From Candidatus Kapaibacterium sp. (lineage in GTDB: Bacteria; Bacteroidota; Ignavibacteria; Palsa-1295): a DNA stretch of 56,708 nt. The DNA is taken from the NCBI GenBank assembly GCA_039923455.1, contig JBDTCS010000159.1, forward strand, positions 1 through 56,708, given 5' to 3'. The notes beneath the pieces are model-generated. The model had not been told where the DNA came from. It made no database searches and saw only the letters and a program-made list of their open reading frames with translations. This document shows positions 26,406 to 36,293 of this stretch, one piece after another (position 1 is the stretch's first letter; every line of letters begins with the position of its first letter). Position numbers and translations under genes: made by a program.

Positions 26406-26441
26406 AAAAAAAGAGAGCCCAATACTGGGCTCTCTTTTTTT
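26406..26441. terminator. bidirectional rho-independent terminator
   Basis: A-run, then the 9-bp stem agagagccc / gggctctct with a 6-nt loop, then a T-run. It sits between convergent cysS and the 477-aa gene, abutting the latter's stop codon. Confidence 0.85.
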
Positions 26442-27873
26442 ATTTCTGCAATTCGATCTTCGTGCGTTCGAAGCTTTCAGCAGTTCGTACTTCACAAAGA
26501 TATGTACCACTTGGCAAGCCTTTCGAATTCCAAGTGAGCGCGCAATGACCTCGATCTTTTTTTATGTTCATAGGCACCGATACGATAGTGCCAATAATAT
26601 TTCGGATCTCAACACGAACGATCGATGCGTTCGGCAAATCAAACTCAATCGTAGATAGCGAATGCGTAGGATTCGGACTTGCGGAAAGATGTAACGCTCG
26701 CGGTTCTGCGAGTCCTTGACCAACCGACGATAAACCTTTCGTCCATTCGGCAACATTCATCGCAACTTTCATTCCGGCTGTGTCGAAATATCCGACGGCA
26801 CAGACCTTTCCTGTCGGGTCAGCCACGAGAGCATTCACTCCAGCATTGACCCCCGAACCGAGTGCATTCCAGTTTGCGCCATCCCAGAACGCGATGTTTT
26901 TAAACTTGTCACCGGTGCCGCCAATCTCGAGATGACCAGCATAAACAAGCGTACCTGCCGTCGCGAGTGCGCCGATCGGAAATCCTGTCCCCGCGCCAAG
27001 TGGCGTCCACTTCGCACCGTCCCACTCACCAATGCCCGGAAGCGTTGCTGAGCCGATCATGCTGAACTCACCTGCTGCAATGAGATGTCGCTTGGGGTTG
27101 GCAATTAGAGTTAGCGCGGTAACGTGCACGTCCGCACCTGTGTCGTTCGAAAGTGGGAGCCACATCTTGCCTGTCCATGCAGCGACACCGTGCGCAGGTA
27201 CTGCGCCGCCACCGACGCTGCTAAAATATCCGCCGACATAGAGCATCGAATCTACACCATCGATTGCGAGACTCCAGACCGGAAGTGCCCCTCGCCAATT
27301 TGCAACACCACCTTGAAGTCCGGTCCACTTCGCACCATCCCAGAGTGCGATGTTTGCAAGTGTGTCGCCATAGACCGAAGGGGAACCGGTGAAACCACCG
27401 GCGGCATATACGCGATGCTTGGCATCGACAGCAATTGCATGCACACCGAAATTATTGTGCGGCAATCCGACTCCGAGGCTCGACCAACTCGTCCCGTCCC
27501 AAAGTGCGATCGATTCGGATGGCTTTCCTCCGGCGCTTCGAAAACTGCCACCCACATATATCTTATCCGACAAGACACCGGGCGTTACGTTGATCGCCCA
27601 GACGTCACCATCGACACCTTGCCCCAGCGGTAACCACTGCTTGCCACTCCACATTGCAATATGATTTGCTGCAACACCACCGATCTTTGTAAATGAGCCA
27701 CCGACATAGATCGTGTTGCCGTTGATCGCGACAGAATAAATCTGACCATCGGTTGTAAGATCATTCCCAAACTGTGTGAACCAATACTTATCATCAGCGC
27801 TCTGTCCGAAGACTTGCTGACTCAGAAGCAGCATAAGCGCACAAACTAAATATTTTGTATTACGGAGTATCAT
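26440..27873 (-). CDS. secreted 7-bladed beta-propeller repeat protein with T9SS C-terminal sorting domain
   Basis: Signal peptide (LVCALMLLLSQQVFGQS). About seven ~50-aa repeats of the form VYxGGxFxxxGG...IAxWDGxxWxxLGxG. Por-type tail (LSASPNPTHSLSTIEFDL...VRVEIRNIIGTIV...GTYLCEV). Confidence 0.8.
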   Translation of the reverse strand: MILRNTKYLVCALMLLLSQQVFGQSADDKYWFTQFGNDLTTDGQIYSVAINGNTIYVGGSFTKIGGVAANHIAMWSGKQWLPLGQGVDGDVWAINVTPGVLSDKIYVGGSFRSAGGKPSESIALWDGTSWSSLGVGLPHNNFGVHAIAVDAKHRVYAAGGFTGSPSVYGDTLANIALWDGAKWTGLQGGVANWRGALPVWSLAIDGVDSMLYVGGYFSSVGGGAVPAHGVAAWTGKMWLPLSNDTGADVHVTALTLIANPKRHLIAAGEFSMIGSATLPGIGEWDGAKWTPLGAGTGFPIGALATAGTLVYAGHLEIGGTGDKFKNIAFWDGANWNALGSGVNAGVNALVADPTGKVCAVGYFDTAGMKVAMNVAEWTKGLSSVGQGLAEPRALHLSASPNPTHSLSTIEFDLPNASIVRVEIRNIIGTIVSVPMNIKKDRGHCALTWNSKGLPSGTYLCEVRTAESFERTKIELQK

Positions 27874-27931
27874 AATGATTTAACGATCTATTATTTCTGT
27901 TGAACGAGGGTACGGTTTTCTAAATTCAAAA

Positions 27932-29113
27932 CTATTTCAGAGCCACTAATTTCTTACTTATGGAAATACCATCTGCCTCAAGTCGATAGGAATACACGCC
28001 ATTCGCAAACTGACTTGCATTCCAACTAATGCTATGATCTCCAACCGACATCAGCTTGCTATCGAGGATGCGAACTTGTTTGCCGAGTACATCTGTGATA
28101 ATAGGTGAGACAGTCGAGGGCTTTTTAAGTGCGAAAGTAAAGGTAGTCCTCGTCGCAAATGGATTAGGAATGTTTTGCGTAAGTATGAATTCAGATGGAG
28201 CACCGACTCTCTTTACGGGATCAAAATTTGAAAGCGGTCGTCTCCATACGCCACTACTTCTTCCGCCGCAAGCAAATAAATATGAATTGAATACTATGAA
28301 AGCATAAATATCTTTATCTGTCAAACCTTGATTTGCATCATGCCATGTAAGACCGCTATCCATTGACAGATAAACGCCCGCACCGTGATTAAACCCGGCA
28401 ACGATTGTATCTCCAGCAAATATTAAGGCTCTCACATCCATTTGTGTAAAGCGGTTATTAACGCTTCGTCAATGTCCGCCATAGTTAGTCGAGCGATAAA
28501 TACCAGCTTCTCTCGTTCCGGCAACAACAACCGAACCCCGAGATGCTATCGTATTAACTTCTGTATCGCCCATCCATGGTGTCAGTCGTTCCCAACCGAT
28601 GCCACCGTCTGATGCTCGAAACACTCCACCTTTAGCAGCAGCAAACAGATATTTTCCATTTAGCGAAAATTGCTGGATGGCACTGTCAAAATAAAATCGC
28701 TTGAGTGGCATCCAACTATGACCTTCGTTCGAAGAAAGAAAAATACCGTTGTAGCCGGTATTTGTAATGCGCGTATCGCCGATTGCAATAATCGCTGCCG
28801 CCCCGCTTGAACTAAGATTGCTATCACGACACTGAGACCAAGTTAATCCCGCATCGCGTGAGCAAAATATGCCATTGAAATGAGTGGTAAGGATAAGATC
28901 GCTCTTAAAGTCCAGCAAACGCTCAGGATCAGGAATTTGAGCAGCATATTCCCATACATCACCGTTGTTAGTTGTCTTAACCACTGACCCATACGCAAGC
29001 GTAAAAAGTGTTTTGTCTACAGCGGCAAAGGTATATGCACCATCATGCGGAAGCGGCGTCTGTTGCCACTGCGCTCGTAGCTCGGTGCATAAAAGCACCG
29101 AGACTACGAGCAC
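27932..29113 (-). pseudogene. BNR/Ycf48-like T9SS cargo gene interrupted by one in-frame TGA (28469-28471)
   Basis: ORFs 28469-29113 and 27932-28441 are in the same frame, separated only by a TGA and 9 sense codons. The upstream part has the leader and BNR-like repeats (SRDAGLTWS, SSNEGHSWM, ASDGGIGWE, ...STNYGGH-stop). The downstream part has a further repeat (SMDSGLTWH) and the Por-type tail. Reading the TGA as Trp restores STNYGGHW. Confidence 0.7.
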
Positions 29114-29236
29114 AACCGCTTTCGAAATTTGCGTGACCGTATTTATTCTCTCTTCCCTCTCAGAACGTTATGTAATTGTTTACGAGCGGTACATAGTTGG
29201 GTTAATTAATGAGCCGAATAAAAAGCGATTGTGGCG

Positions 29237-29590
29237 TCACAATGCATCCGGCATTGCCCAGAGCCAGTCGTGCGCTTGGTCGGTGCCGATACCATCGAAG
29301 GGACTTGTGACGCTAAGAATCCAAAAGTGCTCATAGCCCGACTTTACTTCGGATTCGAGAATTGCAAAAAGCTCGCTCGGGGTAAGTGTTGTGATGAAGC
29401 CGAATGTGGTGCGAGTGATCATCGCGGCTTCGAGCTTCGTCATCAATTCGTGAATCACATCCTGACCACCGACATCCTTTCGATCGTAAACGATGATAAA
29501 GCTGACCTCTGTTTTTCCCGCTTCGAGTCCCGCGACCTCCGCTTCCTGGATCTTCGTGGCAAGCGTTTCAACTTTTTCAAGATATGGCAT
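29237..29590 (-). CDS. hypothetical cytoplasmic protein (117 aa), no family recognised
   Basis: On the same strand as the GT9 gene and 86 nt downstream of it. Its composition is protein-like (acidic, no Cys), whereas the overlapping + strand ORF is Cys/Arg-rich junk. Confidence 0.5.
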   Translation of the reverse strand: MPYLEKVETLATKIQEAEVAGLEAGKTEVSFIIVYDRKDVGGQDVIHELMTKLEAAMITRTTFGFITTLTPSELFAILESEVKSGYEHFWILSVTSPFDGIGTDQAHDWLWAMPDAL

Positions 29591-29676
29591 AGTGTGATCT
29601 CCCCATTTTATTAAAGATAAATATTCGTGCTACAAAGTTACGAAGGCAAATCTTCCGTGGAAAGTTCGTCAGCCCG

Positions 29677-30936
29677 TTAGGCAAGTATCGGTAGAAGCTT
29701 TTCTGCGGCACTTAGTACTACATCCATTGAAAGAGCACTAACGGGAATTGTGGCCCAGTATGGTGAAGGATTGGCAGGGATCACAATCCGGTTTGCACAA
29801 TAGGGCATCCAAACATTCGCAATACCATAAAGTCCGAGGATGGGCACCTCGAATATAGCGGCGAGATGCGAAACGGAAGTGTCTGGGGAGACGACCAGGT
29901 CACACATACTTACGAGCGCACCGAGTTCGTGCATGTCTCGAACCGGGAAGAACTGAATTCGATCGGCGTGGCCCGTGCCATCCAACGTCGAAGTATAGTA
30001 AGTGTGAAAATCCTTCCAATAATAGTTTACAAAATTCATAGTAGCGGTCATTACGACTAAAATATCCGAACGCCTTCCCGTGACGATCTTTGCGAACTCC
30101 AGTGAATTTTCCAACCCCCACTCGAGCCCAAAGCGTTGTGCCTCCAAATTAATAAGGATGAGTTTCGACGTTCCGGATTTTTGAAACAATGCCTCCAATC
30201 GGGTCCTAATGGACTGACGTGCTTCCTCACTCGGAAAAAATTTTGGCTTACGCTCTTCGGGTGTGAAGGTGATTCCAAAGGTTTGTTCGGCGATTGCTTG
30301 GAATTGCTCGACGATCGGTACAGGATCTGGTTCCACAATACGTCGAAAGCAGTAGGAGTAAAGGTTGTGGTAGCGCCGCCACCGGTCCGGATGACTCGTC
30401 ACGGTTACCCCTTGCTTTGCAATGAATCGTGTAAGATATGCGTGTCTTCCGGTTTTGAAAAAGCCGGCTGTCGTAAAGACGACATCCCACCCATCTCTGC
30501 GTGCGCGACGCATCTCGGCGATTCGCTCCGACCTCGTGCCACCATACAGCATGTATGTCACATCCACATCGGGATCACTTCGCACGCCCGCGATATTTCG
30601 CGGACTAACGGCGACACCTATCCTTAGATCCGGCTTCCGTCCTTTCAATGCGTGCCAGATTGGTGAAGAGACAAGCAGGTCGCCGATGGGTTGATTGGGG
30701 ATCACGAGAATGCTGCGCACGTCTGCAAGATCGAGTGGTGCCTCTCGGCGGTACTTGCGCAAGTATAGTGATGTGATCGCAAATGTTGCACGCTTGAGCA
30801 TGTGCAGCAACTTTCCGCGCAGCTTCATCGGCACCGTGATGTTCCAGCTTTGATCATTCCGACGTCGAGCATTTTCCCAATGTTCGACGTCAGCTTTTTC
30901 CTTTGGCGACATAGTGTGAGGCGTTACAGAATTCAT
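29677..30936 (-). CDS. glycosyltransferase family 9 (heptosyltransferase-like)
   Basis: GT9 hallmarks: ILVIPNQPIGDLLVSSPIWHALK near the N-terminal domain and DLVVSPDTSVSHLAAIFEVPILGLYG in the C-terminal domain. Confidence 0.75.
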   Translation of the reverse strand: MNSVTPHTMSPKEKADVEHWENARRRNDQSWNITVPMKLRGKLLHMLKRATFAITSLYLRKYRREAPLDLADVRSILVIPNQPIGDLLVSSPIWHALKGRKPDLRIGVAVSPRNIAGVRSDPDVDVTYMLYGGTRSERIAEMRRARRDGWDVVFTTAGFFKTGRHAYLTRFIAKQGVTVTSHPDRWRRYHNLYSYCFRRIVEPDPVPIVEQFQAIAEQTFGITFTPEERKPKFFPSEEARQSIRTRLEALFQKSGTSKLILINLEAQRFGLEWGLENSLEFAKIVTGRRSDILVVMTATMNFVNYYWKDFHTYYTSTLDGTGHADRIQFFPVRDMHELGALVSMCDLVVSPDTSVSHLAAIFEVPILGLYGIANVWMPYCANRIVIPANPSPYWATIPVSALSMDVVLSAAEKLLPILA

Positions 30937-30985
30937 TTCGCAACGTTACGTCTTCACTCCAACCAGGCTTCTCAACCTGGCTGCA

Positions 30986-33940
30986 TTAATATCCAAACAC
31001 ATCCTCGAGTTTTAGCTCGACGATATTGCCATAGGAGGCGAGCATTTTCTGATCGATCTTCTCTCTCGATCCGAGGACAAGAATGTTGTAGTGCTTGCCG
31101 CGTACGTTATCGTGCTGGAAATTACTGATATCGGCAAAGGCCATCGTAGGTACGCTGGTGTAGACATCGCGACGCATATCGTGATCAAAGCCCATGCGTC
31201 GAGCGCGTTCGTAGTCAAAGAGAATTCCTGAGCGCGTGATGCGCTCGGTCTCGATTCGATTCAGAATTGCTTCTTTGGCTTGAATGAAAATCTTATCTGC
31301 TTCCGGCATATCGGTTAGCAATTCGAACATGCCCTTCATCGTCTCGGGAAGTTTATCTGCTTGTGTGCCGACGTATGCCGAAATGTATCGCGGATCGGTT
31401 TGGTACTGCACGCCGGTAAAGCTGGAGCTAACAGCATAGGCAAGCGCCTTCGATTCACGAATCGTTTGAAAAACGAGCGACGACATTCCGCCACCGAAAT
31501 ATTCATTATAGAGTCGGAGCGTTGGCTCGATCTTCGCGTCATATTGCATCGACTTCGAGAGCAATACTACCTCGGCCTGCGCCATCGGATAGTTTACGAA
31601 GTACACGACATTCTCTTTCGTATCCTGAAACGTATAGGGGTGCGTATTCGGGACGGGCTTAAGTGTCTTCGGAGTTTTATGCAGCGTGTTTAGCTCCGTG
31701 CGAACGTCCGCAAGCTTTCTCGGTCCGTAATACAGCACATGATGCTCAAAATGTGTGAGGTCCTGCAAGTATCCGACGAGCTCTTCCGGTTTCAGCGATT
31801 TCAACTCCGCTTCGGAGAGATTATCATTGAATGGATTCAATTTACCATACGTACCATAGCTTCGCATTCCAGCGAGTATCGCATTCTTGTTTTTCTTCGA
31901 ATCGGCTCTACCTTTGAGCGAGCGTGCAACCAGCGCATCGAGTGCCGCTTGATCGCCTTTGAGATTCGCAAGAATATTTTCGAAGAGCTTCACACCTTGG
32001 GTGAAATTTTTGTCAAGCCCTGTCAGCGAGATCGTGAACTGATCATTGTCTTCGTAGAGGTTAAAGCTCATGCCAAGCTCGAAGAATTTACGCTTCACTT
32101 CCTCGACGGTCATCGTGTTCGTACCGAGATAATTCATGTAGCCGAGTGCGAAGCTCATGCGCTTATTATCCTTCCGACCCATATCGATCTTGTAATAGAG
32201 CTCGAAAAGTTGGTTCTCATCGTTGTGTCGATAAAAGACCGGCACTCCGCTTGCGAGTTTTGTCTCCTGGATGTCCTTCTTATAGTCAATGAATTTCGGA
32301 GCGATCTTCTCGGCAGGCATTGCTGCGATCTGCTGCAAGAACGGTGACTGCGCCTCACGATTGAGCGATACCGGCGTGATCGCAGGCTTCACTACCTTTA
32401 CCACATCGGGTCTCGTACCGGTGCGCTTATAGACGATCACATAGTTGTTGTGATAATATTTATTCGCCACTCGTAAAACGTCCGCTTTTGTAACCTGTGC
32501 GAGGTCGTCGAGATCGCCGGCAACGTCACTCCAATTCTGATGAAGAATAAATGCCTGCATCATCTCGCTCGCACGTGAGCGATTCGATTCGTAGCCCTTT
32601 ATCTTTCCGATCGTTTGACTATTCACAATAGCGGGGAGCAGCTTCTCGTCGAAGGCACCTTGCTTGATGCTTTCGATCTGCGCGAGCAGAAGACCCGCAA
32701 CTTCATCCAGCGTTTGTCCTGTACGTGGTCTTCCGGAGAGGAAGTGTACGCTGTAATCCAGATTCTCATCTGTAGTGCTCGAAGCACTTAGCACAAGCTG
32801 TTTCTGATTCAGATTAACATCGATAAGTCCTGCGCTTGAATTCGATAGCAGCAGATCGATCATGTCGAGCACATGAATATCGGGATTGTTGATTCCGGGA
32901 TAACGAAAGCCTATCAGCACCGACTCGGCATCGGGACCAAATACTTCCTTCTTGATCGGTGCAGCGATCGGATCTTCCGGATCGAAAGTAAATGGTGCGA
33001 TAGGCTTTGGCTCCAATGAACCGAAGGCTGCATCGATCTCACGGATCGCTACATCGGGATCAAAATCACCGCTGATACAAACGGCCATATTGTTCGGAAC
33101 ATAATTCTTCGCATAGAACGCCTTGATGCGTTTGATCGAAGGATTCTTGAGATGCTCGACGGTGCCGATCGTCGTTTGTGTTCCATAAGGGTGCTTTTGA
33201 AATAGCGCTGCCTCCATTGCTTCGCTCACCGTGCGACCATCGTTATCGAGCGAACGATTTTTCTCTTCATACACCGCCTCAAGCTCCGTGTGAAAAAGTC
33301 TAAGAACAGGATTGCGGAATCGCTCGCCCTCAATAAGCGTCCACTTCTTCAGTTGGTTGGACGGAATATCATTCACATAGACGGTTTGTTCGTTCGATGT
33401 GAAGGCATTCGTACCTCGAGCGCCGAGTGTGCCAACCATCTTATCGTACTCATTCGCGATAGCCCACTTAGCTGATTCGCCGGAGATGGAGTCGATGTGA
33501 TGATAGATCGCTTTGCGAAGCTCAGGATCTTTCGTCTCGCGATAGACTTCGAAGAGATTCTCGATCGAATCTAAGAGCGGCTTCTCTCTTGAATAATCAA
33601 GTGAGCCATAGCGATCGGTGCCCTTGAAGAGGAGATGCTCAAGATAGTGTGCGAGCCCGGTGGTTTCGGATGGGTCGTTCTTGCTGCCCGCTCTAACCGC
33701 GATCATCGTCTGTATGCGGGGCTCATTTCGGTTGACCGACATATAGACTGTCAGCCCATTCTTCAGTACATATACGCGTGCCTGAAGTGGGTCGTTCTCG
33801 ACGGTGGTGTATTTGTAGAGGCCATCCGTGCTCGATAGCTGATGAGTGGCGTGCTTGGTTTGCGCCTGCAATCCAAATGCCTGAAACGCAATCAGAAGAA
33901 CGAGAAGCTTAGAAAACTTTCCGAAATACTTCATGGACAT
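30986..33940 (-). CDS. M16-family zinc peptidase (tandem insulinase-like halves), secreted
   Basis: Contains the inverted zincin motif HYLEHLLFKGT (HxxEH). The ~980-aa length is consistent with a duplicated M16 unit. The signal peptide starts at Met 33940 or 33934 (MSMKYFGKFSKLLVLLIAFQAFGLQAQ). The ORF track's extension to 34075 is not supported. Confidence 0.85.
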   Translation of the reverse strand: MSMKYFGKFSKLLVLLIAFQAFGLQAQTKHATHQLSSTDGLYKYTTVENDPLQARVYVLKNGLTVYMSVNRNEPRIQTMIAVRAGSKNDPSETTGLAHYLEHLLFKGTDRYGSLDYSREKPLLDSIENLFEVYRETKDPELRKAIYHHIDSISGESAKWAIANEYDKMVGTLGARGTNAFTSNEQTVYVNDIPSNQLKKWTLIEGERFRNPVLRLFHTELEAVYEEKNRSLDNDGRTVSEAMEAALFQKHPYGTQTTIGTVEHLKNPSIKRIKAFYAKNYVPNNMAVCISGDFDPDVAIREIDAAFGSLEPKPIAPFTFDPEDPIAAPIKKEVFGPDAESVLIGFRYPGINNPDIHVLDMIDLLLSNSSAGLIDVNLNQKQLVLSASSTTDENLDYSVHFLSGRPRTGQTLDEVAGLLLAQIESIKQGAFDEKLLPAIVNSQTIGKIKGYESNRSRASEMMQAFILHQNWSDVAGDLDDLAQVTKADVLRVANKYYHNNYVIVYKRTGTRPDVVKVVKPAITPVSLNREAQSPFLQQIAAMPAEKIAPKFIDYKKDIQETKLASGVPVFYRHNDENQLFELYYKIDMGRKDNKRMSFALGYMNYLGTNTMTVEEVKRKFFELGMSFNLYEDNDQFTISLTGLDKNFTQGVKLFENILANLKGDQAALDALVARSLKGRADSKKNKNAILAGMRSYGTYGKLNPFNDNLSEAELKSLKPEELVGYLQDLTHFEHHVLYYGPRKLADVRTELNTLHKTPKTLKPVPNTHPYTFQDTKENVVYFVNYPMAQAEVVLLSKSMQYDAKIEPTLRLYNEYFGGGMSSLVFQTIRESKALAYAVSSSFTGVQYQTDPRYISAYVGTQADKLPETMKGMFELLTDMPEADKIFIQAKEAILNRIETERITRSGILFDYERARRMGFDHDMRRDVYTSVPTMAFADISNFQHDNVRGKHYNILVLGSREKIDQKMLASYGNIVELKLEDVFGY

Positions 33941-34183
33941 TAACGAAAATGAGGGTGATAAGCTAACTATACCCGTGAAAACTACGGTGCGGAAATTGTT
34001 GAATTGTATGCAATCTTGAGAAGCGTCATTTGGTGCCCAAACTTGCGAAGTTTGCGCTTCGCAATTTGTACCCAAGCGATTTACGCCTTTCGCACGCTAC
34101 CTGCACCTATTGACCGTGATCGGAGTTGTGTCGTGCCGGATGCTTACTACAATCCGAATCAACTAATCCAAATCCAATTAATT

Positions 34184-34420
34184 ATGTCAACGAAAATTAC
34201 GGTTAATAGAAACGGCTCGTTAAAGGTCGAAGGCGAATTCTCTATTGTGGATCCTGATGGAAATACCTACGGTCTTGCCGGGCGTCATGCGGTCTCGCTT
34301 TGCCGATGCGGTCATTCGCAGAACAAGCCATTCTGCGATGCGAGTCATAAGCATCACAATTTTCAGGACGAACCACACGCGCGCGATCTTCCGCCGATGG
34401 CACCGAAGCCGGTCGTCTGA
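34184..34420 (+). CDS. CDGSH-type iron-sulfur domain protein
   Basis: 78 aa from ATG at 34184. The motif CRCGHSQNKPFCDASH fits C-x-C-x2-S-x3-P-x-C-D-(G/A)-S-H. The upstream part of the 138-aa track ORF overlaps the M16 gene leader and is not credible. Confidence 0.8.
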   Translation: MSTKITVNRNGSLKVEGEFSIVDPDGNTYGLAGRHAVSLCRCGHSQNKPFCDASHKHHNFQDEPHARDLPPMAPKPVV

Positions 34421-34438
34421 ACGAAAATACTACGCAAG

Positions 34439-34468
34439 AAAAAAGGATCGGCTAAGCCGATCCTTTTT
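34439..34468. terminator. bidirectional rho-independent terminator
   Basis: aaaaaggatcggc-taa-gccgatccttttt: an 8-bp GC core flanked by an A-run and a T-run, between convergent genes. Confidence 0.85.
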
Positions 34469-34501
34469 GCATGTAAGCTGAATTAGATTCTCATGTGAAG
34501 C

Positions 34502-35299
34502 TTACTGACCACCACCTTGCATTTGCTGGCGCATCTTGGTCAGATCCTGATGCGAGATCTTGATGTCCGAAGGAATAACAAATACTTTGTCGTCAACCTT
34601 CTTGATCTCAACCTTCACAAGATCGATCGTCGCTACTTTCTCATTATCCTTGAAGAAGATAATACGCACCGGAGCAAGTCCCCTCTGCTGAATGTCGGAG
34701 AATATCTGCTTCGCCTGTTGCCCCTGGTTTTGTGGGCTGTGCTTCATTGCCTGACCAAGTGCGTTGCGAAGATCGGCAGGAAGATCCGCTGTAAGCCAAA
34801 GATCAAGCAGCCCCTTCGGCGTGCTTGCCTGATACTCTTCGGCTTTGTACCCGTTGATTGTTTCGGTCTTTCCCGTACGCATTAATCCACCTGGAGGGGC
34901 CGGTGTTGTTGCCGCTACGGTACCAACCGCAGGAGTAGCCGCTGCAGAATTACTTGCTACCGGAGCTGTTGGCATTGCGGTATCGACCGGCATATCCATC
35001 TCATAACCGTTCTTCATGTTATCCATTACGACGGTCATTTTATGGGCGGTGCCATCGAGGAACGTGTGCATTCCGCCCATCGGTCCCATATCCATATCCA
35101 TCACAGTCTTTTCGCCTTTGACTGTTGTGTGCATTTCCATCGTCTGCTCACCCATCTGTGGAATGTTGACGATGACGTTATACGTGATGACTCCCTCGAA
35201 GGGCACCAGAGCAGCGCCTTGAGCTCGCAGCGAACCGATCGAGCACACTGTCACAATTGCCGAAAGGCAAAGTGCCTGAAGAAAAATTCTTACTTTCAT
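34502..35299 (-). CDS. secreted Met-rich protein, possibly DUF4412-like
   Basis: 265 aa. Signal peptide (LCLSAIVTVCSIGSLRAQG). A Met-rich beta segment (EQTMEMHTTVKGEKTVMDMDMGPMGGMH...MTVVMDNMKNGYEMDM). The family call is tentative. Confidence 0.5.
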   Translation of the reverse strand: MKVRIFLQALCLSAIVTVCSIGSLRAQGAALVPFEGVITYNVIVNIPQMGEQTMEMHTTVKGEKTVMDMDMGPMGGMHTFLDGTAHKMTVVMDNMKNGYEMDMPVDTAMPTAPVASNSAAATPAVGTVAATTPAPPGGLMRTGKTETINGYKAEEYQASTPKGLLDLWLTADLPADLRNALGQAMKHSPQNQGQQAKQIFSDIQQRGLAPVRIIFFKDNEKVATIDLVKVEIKKVDDKVFVIPSDIKISHQDLTKMRQQMQGGGQ

Positions 35300-35532
35300 A
35301 AACGCTGTTCTTTCCGTAATTTAATTAAGCTGAAAACCTTACGCTCTAACGTCGAGCTACCAATGCCGAAAGCCTGCGCTGATCTTGGCGAAAAAAGCTT
35401 CCAGCCGAACCTGCTCTGGCTTCAAATAGTGCCAATTTGGCAATAATGCTAACAGCATTAAAACGATGTACGTTAGCACTTCCGGAGAAGTTTCGTGTTA
35501 CCTCTCGCGAAAACATCCGTATAATTGGAATA

Positions 35533-36270
35533 ATGAAGATCGCGATAACTATTCTTGCAGTCACTTTTGGCCTCCAACTGCACCCTATTCTGGGGATGCT
35601 GGGGCACCATGCGGTGATAAACTTTCTTGAAGGCCTCTTGCAGGATTACGGATATATTATCGTTTTTGCGTCCATTATGGTAGAAAGTATGGGTGTACCC
35701 TTCCCTGGGGAAACCATGCTTATCATTGCGGCCGCTTACTCCGCTGCGAATCCTGAGCTCTCGATCTATGGCGTAGTCGGCTCTGCGGCCAGTGGAGCGA
35801 TAATTGGTGATAATTTGGGCTATTGGATTGGTCGTGAAGGGGGCGCCAGATTGATCCTTAAATATGGCAAATATGTCGGGATGACGACCGAGCGCTATGC
35901 GAGTACGCAAAAATATCTAAATAAACACGGCGGCAAAGCTGTCTTCTTTGGGCGCTTTGTTTCCGTTGCGAGAACCTGGATCGCTGTCCTCGTCGGTGCC
36001 CACCATTTGAGTTGGCTTCAATTCCTGGTCTACAATATTTTGGGTGGCATTGTTTGGGCGAGTCTCTATGGAGCGCTCGGATATTTCTTTGGTCAGAATT
36101 TACCGTTGCTTGAGAAGATTGTCAAAGATGTTGGTCTCGCGCTGACAATCTCTGTCGTCGTGGGAGTAGCACTTTATATCTATCTTCGAAAGCGTCGCAA
36201 AGCAAAATTGGCAGCTTCGGCTGCCACGCCCGACGAAGACGTACCTCCGCCACACAACACGCTCGATTAA
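35533..36270 (+). CDS. DedA-family membrane protein
   Basis: Motifs YGYIIVFASIMVESMGVPFPGE, GDNLGYWIGREGG and FFGRFVSVARTWIAVLVGA. The start is taken at ATG 35533 (MKIAITILAV). Confidence 0.85.
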   Translation: MKIAITILAVTFGLQLHPILGMLGHHAVINFLEGLLQDYGYIIVFASIMVESMGVPFPGETMLIIAAAYSAANPELSIYGVVGSAASGAIIGDNLGYWIGREGGARLILKYGKYVGMTTERYASTQKYLNKHGGKAVFFGRFVSVARTWIAVLVGAHHLSWLQFLVYNILGGIVWASLYGALGYFFGQNLPLLEKIVKDVGLALTISVVVGVALYIYLRKRRKAKLAASAATPDEDVPPPHNTLD

Positions 36271-36293
36271 TACTCGCTCGATTAATTTACGTC

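Noticed and set aside
28469-28471. The TGA as selenocysteine, or as evidence of a TGA=Trp genetic code
   Set aside because: TGA terminates other well-defined genes in the window (22563-22565 and 34418-34420), so the code is standard. A Sec residue in a structural BNR repeat of a secreted protein is implausible. The short downstream hairpin (5-6 bp) does not resemble a bacterial SECIS, and no sel genes are visible. A nonsense mutation or leaky read-through remains the working interpretation.
29231-29614. 127-aa + strand ORF overlapping the 117-aa minus-strand ORF
   Set aside because: It is Cys/Arg-rich with no structure-like pattern. The minus-strand frame has normal composition and fits the surrounding transcription direction.
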